From Paraferrimonas haliotis (GTDB lineage Bacteria > Pseudomonadota > Gammaproteobacteria > Enterobacterales > Shewanellaceae), in assembly GCF_002282895.1 (NCBI RefSeq), contig NZ_NRRB01000002.1, forward strand, positions 531,676 through 555,675: DNA of 24,000 bases. Direction: 5' to 3'. Below the pieces are notes generated by a model. That model was not told the DNA's origin, ran no database searches, and saw nothing but the letters and a program-made list of their open reading frames with translations. Made by a program: the position numbers and the translations under genes. Of this stretch, positions 18,139 to 24,000 are shown piece after piece. Each line of letters begins with the position of its first letter. The first letter of the stretch is position 1.

Positions 18139-18777
18139 CTAGTTTGCCAGCTTTGCTGATTTCATGCCGATAACACGTTTGATTACTTGTAGGTAATTGA
18201 TGTTTTCAACACCTTCAAGTTTAACGTCTTTAATGGTTTTTTGAATGTCTTCCAGTTCGGTTGATTCGCTGTTAATAGAAACCACTTTTGCCCCATTTAT
18301 CAAGACGTTAGCAACTTCACAGATGGTGTTATTAACCATATAACCGAAACGTTCTTTATGAACGCTAACCGCTTGCAAGTCAGGGTGCGCGTCAATCAGT
18401 GCAATGAACTCATCGTAGCTGTAGCTGTCCTGGTTTAGCTCAGGCATATCGACCATGAATGCAGGGAATACTTCATCAACCAATTGTGCTTTTGAGATAG
18501 GGAATTCAGCTTTTAGTTTAGGATCCCACTGTTCGAGACCATCAACTGTCGTCACGTAGGTTTTAACGTCCATTTTACCGTCACGGATCTTGGTATTATT
18601 TAAATCGTTAGTACGAGACATGATGTAGATTTCATCACTTTGACGGTGCCAAACTTTCTCTGGAACGGGGGCTGACAGGCGAGCCATACGGGCAGCGGCT
18701 TCATCAAAGTTTTGACCGAAACTGCGGAACTCAAAGCGCGGCTTGGAAACTTCACCAATTTTTAACTCAGACATCAT
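18139..18777 (-). CDS. Hypothetical protein; possible degenerate CYTH/TTM-like paralog
   Basis: A 212-aa protein ending 10 nt upstream of the CYTH gene. Its strand pattern is RFEFRSF, EIYIMS, TKIRDGKMDVKTYV, HKERFGYMV, CEVANVLI, VVSINSES. This mirrors the CYTH strand order, but several acidic positions are replaced. AAGGA Shine-Dalgarno; the start could be 18777 or 18774. Confidence 0.35.
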   Translation of the reverse strand: MMSELKIGEVSKPRFEFRSFGQNFDEAAARMARLSAPVPEKVWHRQSDEIYIMSRTNDLNNTKIRDGKMDVKTYVTTVDGLEQWDPKLKAEFPISKAQLVDEVFPAFMVDMPELNQDSYSYDEFIALIDAHPDLQAVSVHKERFGYMVNNTICEVANVLINGAKVVSINSESTELEDIQKTIKDVKLEGVENINYLQVIKRVIGMKSAKLAN

Positions 18778-19099
18778 AAATCCTTAAAAAAATATTATCG
18801 TTGTGTTCAGTTGCCGCTCATCTTACGGATGCAATCATAAAAAAAAATGGATCTCGATCATGTTTTCGAGCTAAAAGTTTTTACCTAATCTTACATTCAC
18901 GCTCAATAGGCTCGTCAACTAATTGTTATAACGTTTTGATTTTTAATAGATTAGCAAATAAATTTGGTTGCGAAAAAATTTTCACGCCTACGATCACGTC
19001 AACGCTTGTCGCAATTAGGTTGATCTAGCTCCGGTTTTTTTTGTTGGCATACAGGTAAATTTGCCTCAGAAAAATGAAATAGCTCCTGGAAGTAACACA

Positions 19100-20686
19100 A
19101 TGACAACTAAGAATTACGACCCGCTCGATATGAGCCAACATCGGATGGAAACCCTCCCGATTCGACAAAAAAGCTCCTTCGAACAATGGTTGGCAAAATC
19201 TGGATTATGGATTGCCCTTGCGGTATTCATAGCAATAATGTGTACCGAAATCAGCTACTTAACTAACATCAATCCAGATGATTTAGGTAAGAATGCACTG
19301 GCCCACTTCAATGAAGTTGGCTCCGAGCTGTTTGCACGACACGGTGTGGCCATGCTCGCCATTTTCTGTGCGGCACTGGTGTTATGGGTATCGGAAGCCA
19401 TTCCTAATTATTTAACATCTTTGATCGTAATTATTGCAATGGTGTTAACGGGCGTGTTGCCAGAACGTACAGCATACGCTCAATTGGGCCATCCTATTAT
19501 GTGGCTTAACATCTTGTCCTTTGTGCTGGCATCCATGTTGGTTGCCTGCGGTGCAGCGAAGCGCTTCGCTCTTTGGTTCATTTGTCGTTTCGGTAAAAGT
19601 GCGACCCCGATTTTCTACAGCTTCATGTTAGTGAATATGGTGTTGTCAGCATTTATTTCAGCTACCACGGCCAAAGCCGCGATTTTAATGCCTATTTTTA
19701 TGGTTATTGCTGCCGTTTATGGTGCTCGAGGCGGTGACAATAAGAACAACTTTGGCCGTAACTTGGTTTTGCAGAACCTGCTGCAAATTAATCTCTGTGC
19801 CGGTGCTTTTGTTACCGGTTCTGGCGCAAACTTGTTAGCTGCCAGTTTAATCATTGGTGCCGGTGGTGCGTTATATTTCACCGATTGGATGGTGGTCGCC
19901 TTCCCAATTGTTGTGTGTATGATTGTTATCGGTTGGCTGCTTGGTACTCGAATTTTCTTCCCGCTCGCCAAAGAAGAGCGCTTGCCGCAAATTGAAGGTG
20001 GGATGGAGCGCTTGCAACAAGAGCTGGACAAGATGGGTAAGATTTCATTTAACGAAATCAAATCAATCGTTATCTTTGTGACCATTCTAGCCTTTTGGGC
20101 AACCGATAAATATCACGGCGTGAGCGCAACTGCGGTTGCCTTTATTGGCGCCATTGTCGCGTTATTTCCTCGTATTGGTGTGGTTAACTGGAACGACTTA
20201 GACATTCCTTGGCATCTACTGATTTTCTCAGCGGGCGCTTACACCCTAGGCGCTGGTTTCCGTCAAACTGATTTGCCGAGTTTATCGGTTAACGCGGGAG
20301 TCGAATACTTTGGGTTGAGCATGGATACACCGTTTTGGGTCTTTTACGTAGCCCTTACCGGAGCCATGATTTTCAGTTCATTGATATTCCAGTCGAAAAC
20401 CATGCGAACCATGCTGTTTATTCCTATCGCCATCGGCATTGCCGATCGCTTTGGCTTCTCCATGATGAGTTTAGCCCTGCCGGTCGCATTGCTTATTGAA
20501 CACGTTTACGTTTTACCGTTTAATAGTAAGCCTGCACTGCTGTGTTACTCCACCGACCACTACAGTTTGTCGGATACCTTCAAGTTCGGATTTACGATGT
20601 TGGTCATTGCGTGGTTTACCAGTATATTGTTTGGCGAAACATGGTTTAAGTGGCTTGGCTACGTACCGAACGGCGTATTCTACTAG
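19100..20686 (+). CDS. DASS/SLC13-family (ion transporter superfamily) anion permease
   Basis: A ~528-aa polytopic protein with two-fold repeat architecture. Hairpin-like segments FISATTAKAAILMPI and VLPFNSKPALL sit where DASS proteins carry SNT / TPPN motifs. I preferred the ATG at 19100 over the TTG at 19061. Confidence 0.65.
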   Translation: MTTKNYDPLDMSQHRMETLPIRQKSSFEQWLAKSGLWIALAVFIAIMCTEISYLTNINPDDLGKNALAHFNEVGSELFARHGVAMLAIFCAALVLWVSEAIPNYLTSLIVIIAMVLTGVLPERTAYAQLGHPIMWLNILSFVLASMLVACGAAKRFALWFICRFGKSATPIFYSFMLVNMVLSAFISATTAKAAILMPIFMVIAAVYGARGGDNKNNFGRNLVLQNLLQINLCAGAFVTGSGANLLAASLIIGAGGALYFTDWMVVAFPIVVCMIVIGWLLGTRIFFPLAKEERLPQIEGGMERLQQELDKMGKISFNEIKSIVIFVTILAFWATDKYHGVSATAVAFIGAIVALFPRIGVVNWNDLDIPWHLLIFSAGAYTLGAGFRQTDLPSLSVNAGVEYFGLSMDTPFWVFYVALTGAMIFSSLIFQSKTMRTMLFIPIAIGIADRFGFSMMSLALPVALLIEHVYVLPFNSKPALLCYSTDHYSLSDTFKFGFTMLVIAWFTSILFGETWFKWLGYVPNGVFY

Positions 20687-20692
20687 TTATTT
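20684..20692. repeat. Left copy of the 9-bp direct repeat TAGTTATTT (includes the DASS stop codon TAG)
   Basis: Exact match to 21769-21777. Confidence 0.9.
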
Positions 20693-20699
20693 TTGACTG

Positions 20700-21716
20700 A
20701 TGAACTCTAAAAGAAATAAAGCGGACATTCGTAATAAATTGGCTCTTCTGCAATTAGCAGAAGAGCTCAATAGCATCAGTAAAGCCTGCGACATTATGGG
20801 CTACAGTCGCGATAGCTATTACCGATTCAAAAAGCAATACGAAGCGGCAGGTGAACTTGGGCTGCACAATTTATCCCGCACCAAACCGGCGATAAAAAAT
20901 CGCGTTGACCGTAAATTGGAAGAGCAGGTGATAGAAATTGCTCTGGATTACCCAGATTACGGCCAAGCCAAAGCCGCTGATGTACTAACCGCTCGCGGAA
21001 ACACCATTTCCCCGAGTGGCGTTCGTTCTATTTGGAAGCGCCACAACTTAGAGACTAAGAAACTGCGGCTATTTGCTCAGCAAGTTGCCGCAGCACAACA
21101 ACTGAGTCAGTCGAAATCTAGTGACGAGAGCGATATCTTTTTAAAAGACTCGCTGGAGTTAGGCTGTCGCTATCCCGGTGATATCTGCATTCAAGACACC
21201 TTTTCGTTGGGAAGTATCGACGGCTTAGGCGCTTTGTATCAGCACACCTTTCTCGACGGTTACAGTCAGTTTGCCGTTGCCACCATTTCTTTGTTTAAAG
21301 ACGCACCAACCGCTGCTTACTTTCTCTCGCACCAAGTGATTCATCAACTGAATCAGCAAGAGTTAACTATTAACCAACTGTTGACGGATAAAGGTAAGGA
21401 GTTTTTTGGCAGCGCAAGTCAATCCTTTCAATCGACTGTAGCGCATCTGAACATCAAGCACTTCCATAAACGTGCCTATAACGGCCCGGTTGTTAATGGT
21501 CTTGCGGCGCGTTTTCACAAACTCATGTGGGACGAATTTTACGAGCCGTCACTCAAATCGAAACGCTATCTTCACATTTCGGAGCTTGAGTCTGATATGC
21601 AAGCCTGGCTAGCCCGCTACAATCGACAATTTGCCATAGCCGGTCGTTACACACTGGGCAAAACCCCCTTGGAAACCATAGAGCTCACCCGTCACCTGCG
21701 CAACCATTTTCAATAA
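20700..21716 (+). CDS. IS481-like transposase/integrase-core homolog with an apparently incomplete DDE triad
   Basis: N-terminal HTH region (ISKACDIMGYSRDSYYRFKKQYEAAGELGL...YGQAKAADVL..RG..ISPSGVRSIWKRHNL). rve-like core with IQDTF (D1) and LLTDKGKEF (D2), but PVVNGLAARFH where the family has PQTNGxxERFH. The gene ends in a double stop, TAA TAG. Confidence 0.7.
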   Translation: MNSKRNKADIRNKLALLQLAEELNSISKACDIMGYSRDSYYRFKKQYEAAGELGLHNLSRTKPAIKNRVDRKLEEQVIEIALDYPDYGQAKAADVLTARGNTISPSGVRSIWKRHNLETKKLRLFAQQVAAAQQLSQSKSSDESDIFLKDSLELGCRYPGDICIQDTFSLGSIDGLGALYQHTFLDGYSQFAVATISLFKDAPTAAYFLSHQVIHQLNQQELTINQLLTDKGKEFFGSASQSFQSTVAHLNIKHFHKRAYNGPVVNGLAARFHKLMWDEFYEPSLKSKRYLHISELESDMQAWLARYNRQFAIAGRYTLGKTPLETIELTRHLRNHFQ

Positions 21717-21718
21717 TA

Positions 21719-21743
21719 GAGGCGTATCTCAAAAATACGCCTC
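21719..21743 (+). terminator. Stem-loop 3 nt after the transposase-like ORF (weak terminator candidate)
   Basis: A 9-bp stem GAGGCGTAT / ATACGCCTC with a 7-nt loop and no following T-run. Confidence 0.4.
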
Positions 21744-21768
21744 AACTATGAAGCACTCGTCAAGATTT

Positions 21769-21777
21769 TAGTTATTT
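21769..21777. repeat. Right copy of the 9-bp direct repeat TAGTTATTT
   Basis: Exact match to 20684-20692. Confidence 0.9.
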
Positions 21778-21824
21778 GGGGCAAGCTCAACTAACAAAAA
21801 AATAATGCTTGATCATCACTAAAT

Positions 21825-21838
21825 CTGATCCAGATCAA
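21825..21838. promoter_or_regulatory. FNR/CRP-family binding site candidate upstream of nrdD
   Basis: CTGAT-CCAG-ATCAA matches TTGAT-N4-ATCAA at 9 of 10 positions. A weaker site, TTGAT-CATC-ACTAA, lies at 21809-21822. nrdD is FNR-activated in E. coli. Confidence 0.5.
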
Positions 21839-21869
21839 TTTAATTTTTCTTAGGAAAGTGTCCAATACA

Positions 21870-21916
21870 ACCCTACATATAGACACTAGATAACTATTGA
21901 TAACTATATATTGTGT
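21870..21916. promoter_or_regulatory. Two NrdR-box-like sites
   Basis: Cores CTACATATAG (21873-21882) and CTATATATTG (21904-21913) fit the NrdR core CwAtATaTwG. Their centres are 31 bp apart (about 3 helical turns), which is typical of tandem NrdR boxes. Flanks match the consensus only partly. Confidence 0.5.
21889..21907. repeat. Tandem duplication GATAACTAT-T-GATAACTAT (10-bp period) inside the nrdD control region
   Basis: Exact 9-mers at 21889-21897 and 21899-21907. The second copy overlaps NrdR-like box 2. Confidence 0.85.
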
Positions 21917-21955
21917 CAAAACGCCATTCTTACCCTATTGTTACGGAGTTAAAAA

Positions 21956-24000
21956 ATGAAACCGGTTGTGATTAAAAGAGATGGATACCGGGTTCCCTTC
22001 GATGCCAGCCGCATTCGAGATGCCGTTGCTGCTGCAGCAAAATCGGCCGGAACCTCAGTCAATGGATACGCTGACCAAATCGCACGTAACATTGAACTTC
22101 AAGTGGATGGCCAAGAACAGATACACATTCATGAGTTGCAGCTGCTGGTTGAAAACCAACTCATGGACGGCGAAGACAAGCGTGTGGCTCGCAGCTACAT
22201 TGAATATCGTCACGACCGTGATACAGCCCGTGAGAAAAACAGCCGTCTCAGTAAAGAGATTCAAGGCTTGGTTGAGCAAAGCAATGCCAGCTTACTTAAC
22301 GAGAACGCCAATAAAGACTCTAAGGTGATTCCTACTCAGCGGGATTTACTCGCCGGCATCGTCGCGAAGCACTATGCGAAAAACTACATGCTGCCAAAGG
22401 ATGTGGTTAGAGCCCACGAAATGGGTGAAATCCATTACCACGACTTGGATTACGCCCCGTTTTTCCCAATGTTTAACTGCATGCTGATTGACTTAGAAGG
22501 CATGTTGACCGGCGGCTTTAAAATGGGTAACGCCGAAATCGACTCGCCAAAATCTATTTCGACTGCGACGGCAGTAACGGCGCAAATCATTGCTCAGGTG
22601 GCCAGCCACATATACGGCGGCACCACCATCAACCGCATCGACGAAGTGCTGGCGCCTTACGTCACCGCATCTTATGACAAACATGTTGCTACAGCTGAGC
22701 AATGGCAAGTTGCCGACACCAAAGCATTTGCAATGGCACAAACCGAAAAAGAGTGTCACGACGCCTTCCAGTCATTGGAATACGAAGTCAACACTCTGCA
22801 TACCGCCAATGGTCAAACCCCGTTTGTTACCTTTGGCTTTGGCTTGGGTACCAGTTGGCAGTCTCGCTTGATTCAAAAGTCGATATTGCAAATTCGTCAA
22901 GAAGGGTTAGGAACCAATAAAAAGACAGCGGTCTTCCCCAAACTGGTATTTGCTATTAAAAATGGTGTTAACCATAAGGCTGGCGATTGCAATTACGACA
23001 TTAAGCAAATGGCGCTTGAGTGTGCAACTCAGCGTATGTACCCAGACATTCTTAACTATGAACAAGTTGAGCGCATAACCGGCTCGTTCAAAACCCCAAT
23101 GGGATGCCGCAGCTTCCTATCGGCCTATGAAGAAAACGGCGAGCTTAAACACGAAGGCCGTAATAACCTGGGTGTTGTCAGCTTGAACCTGCCTCGCGTT
23201 GCTATGGAAGCGAGCGGCGATGAAACGGCTTTCTATAAAATTTTAGACGGTCGCCTTGCCGTTGCTAAGCGTGGACTGCAAAGTCGCATTGAGCGTTTAG
23301 ATGGGGTTCGCGCTCGGGTAGCGCCCATCTTATACATGGAAGGTGCCTGCGGTGTGCGCTTAAAAGCCGATGACCCCATTTCTGACATCTTTAAGCACGG
23401 CCGCGCCTCTATCTCGTTGGGTTATATTGGCTTGCATGAAACCGTCAATGCGCTCTACGGCACCGAGCAGCACGTGTATGACAGCGAAACCTTAAGAGAA
23501 AAAGCCATCGAAATTATTCGCTACCTGAAAAAAGCCACCGAAGCTTGGAAGGCGGAAACCGGCTATGGCTACAGCTTGTATTCAACCCCAAGCGAAAACC
23601 TTTGTACCCGTTTTTGTTCCATTGATGCGAAAGAATTTGGTGTTGTTGACGGGGTTACAGACAAAGGCTACTACACCAACAGCTTCCACTTAGATGTTGA
23701 AAAGAAGGTCAATCCTTTCGATAAAATTGACTTCGAAAAGCCTTACCCAGAGCTAACCACCGGCGGTTTTATTTGTTACGGCGAATACCCGAACATGAAA
23801 CATAACGTAGAAGCGCTGGAAGACGTTTGGGATTACAGCTTTAAGCACGTGCCTTACTATGGAACCAATACCCCAATCGACGAATGCTACGATTGCGGCT
23901 TCACAGGTGAGTTTGATTGCACCTCGAAAGGCTTTGTGTGCCCAAGTTGCGGTAACAACGATACCTCTAGAGTCTCTGTAACTCGTCGTGTTTGCGGCTA
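21956..24000 (+). CDS. nrdD: Anaerobic ribonucleoside-triphosphate reductase (class III RNR), 3' end outside the window
   Basis: Manual translation of frame 2 from the ATG at 21956 (GGAG Shine-Dalgarno): MKPVVIKRDGYRVPF (ATP-cone), LLNENANKDSKVIPTQRDLLAGIVAKHY, HYHDLDY, FKMGNAEIDSPKSISTATAVTAQIIAQVASHIYGGTTINRIDEVLAPY, PMGCRSF, GRNNLGVVSLNLPR. The Zn-ribbon CPSCG and the glycyl-radical motif RRVCGY sit at the window edge. It is absent from the ORF track because no stop codon lies in the window. Confidence 0.95.
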   Translation, partial: MKPVVIKRDGYRVPFDASRIRDAVAAAAKSAGTSVNGYADQIARNIELQVDGQEQIHIHELQLLVENQLMDGEDKRVARSYIEYRHDRDTAREKNSRLSKEIQGLVEQSNASLLNENANKDSKVIPTQRDLLAGIVAKHYAKNYMLPKDVVRAHEMGEIHYHDLDYAPFFPMFNCMLIDLEGMLTGGFKMGNAEIDSPKSISTATAVTAQIIAQVASHIYGGTTINRIDEVLAPYVTASYDKHVATAEQWQVADTKAFAMAQTEKECHDAFQSLEYEVNTLHTANGQTPFVTFGFGLGTSWQSRLIQKSILQIRQEGLGTNKKTAVFPKLVFAIKNGVNHKAGDCNYDIKQMALECATQRMYPDILNYEQVERITGSFKTPMGCRSFLSAYEENGELKHEGRNNLGVVSLNLPRVAMEASGDETAFYKILDGRLAVAKRGLQSRIERLDGVRARVAPILYMEGACGVRLKADDPISDIFKHGRASISLGYIGLHETVNALYGTEQHVYDSETLREKAIEIIRYLKKATEAWKAETGYGYSLYSTPSENLCTRFCSIDAKEFGVVDGVTDKGYYTNSFHLDVEKKVNPFDKIDFEKPYPELTTGGFICYGEYPNMKHNVEALEDVWDYSFKHVPYYGTNTPIDECYDCGFTGEFDCTSKGFVCPSCGNNDTSRVSVTRRVCG

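Larger units (their letters stand above)
20693..21768 (+). mobile_element. Possible IS481-size (1,076 bp) insertion delimited by a 9-bp direct repeat
   Basis: TAGTTATTT occurs at 20684-20692 and again at 21769-21777, bracketing the transposase-like ORF. I found no convincing terminal inverted repeats, only TTGAC near both ends and out of register. Confidence 0.3.

Noticed and set aside
18982-19011. TCACG...TCACG...TGTCG repeats at 12-13-nt spacing upstream of the DASS gene.
   Set aside because: The repeats are short and imperfect, and the spacing is not helical-phase consistent. That is too weak to call a binding site.
18801-19028. A 75-aa plus-strand ORF in the divergent region between the 212-aa gene and the DASS gene.
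   Set aside because: It has a TTG start without a Shine-Dalgarno, sits in AT-rich intergenic sequence and has no motif support. The region more likely holds the two divergent promoters.
3722-19099. Longer N-terminal extensions given by the ORF track for rpoH (4597), rsmD (7656), the SnoaL-like gene (11356), DUF47 (15006), the porin (17460) and DASS (19061).
   Set aside because: Internal ATG codons with good Shine-Dalgarno sequences give N-termini that match known homolog starts or begin directly with a signal peptide. The extensions mostly start at TTG and add non-homologous residues.
689-20085. Many 60-150-aa ORFs from the track lie inside or antisense to the called genes. Examples: 689-877, 846-1040, 1295-1744, 2180-2395, 2418-2609, 3284-3532, 3970-4263, 4971-5324, 5376-5765, 5693-6007, 6462-6923, 6767-7021, 7131-7421, 7279-7518, 7903-8088, 8646-9222, 10529-10920, 11041-11262, 12267-13140, 13257-13806, 16147-16776, 19717-20085, 20496-20696.
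   Set aside because: Each overlaps a longer ORF with clear family motifs in another frame or strand. Their translations are low-complexity or Cys/Ser/Arg-rich shadow sequences with no recognisable motifs or ribosome-binding sites.
20693-21768. Terminal inverted repeats for the putative IS (left end TTGACTGATGAAC..., reverse complement of the right end AAATCTTGACGAGTG...).
   Set aside because: The shared TTGAC is 5 nt out of register relative to the direct repeats, and the similarity does not extend. The mobile-element boundaries therefore stay tentative.
1-24000. CRISPR arrays, tRNA/rRNA genes, and long (>30 bp) dispersed repeats.
   Set aside because: None was noticed on visual inspection of the intergenic regions, which are short apart from those at 17.3-17.7, 18.8-19.1 and 21.7-21.95 kb. 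A computational repeat and tRNA scan would be needed to exclude them formally.

Overview
The window looks like a gammaproteobacterial chromosomal segment (marine Alteromonadales/Vibrionales-like gene order; taxon not provable from here). The first ~13 kb is housekeeping. It holds the 3' end of menD with menH-menC-menE (stop/start-overlapped, no menB), then rpoH and ftsYEX on the minus strand. Divergent from these is rsmD-yhhL-like, followed by a His-rich ZIP-like membrane protein and an NRDE/TANGO2-family gene. A secreted SnoaL-like protein, a PlsC-type acyltransferase and an MscS-family channel come next. The most interesting region is 13.2-20.7 kb, a phosphate-themed cluster on the minus strand. 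It contains two adjacent CYTH/TTM-type genes (one canonical, one degenerate), an OprO/P-type porin, a signal-peptide protein whose strand pattern also looks TTM/CYTH-like, and a DUF47 + short PiT transporter pair. A DASS/SLC13-family transporter is transcribed divergently. I propose this as a candidate condensed-phosphate (pyro-/tri-/polyphosphate) uptake and hydrolysis system; this is inference from motifs and context only. Immediately after the DASS gene sits an IS481-like transposase gene whose third catalytic residue appears to be Ala instead of Glu. It is bracketed by a 9-bp direct repeat but has no clear inverted repeats. The last 2 kb is nrdD (anaerobic ribonucleotide reductase). It is absent from the ORF track because it runs off the window. 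Upstream of it are an FNR-like site and two NrdR-box-like sites whose centres are 31 bp apart. I saw no rRNA, tRNA or CRISPR array.
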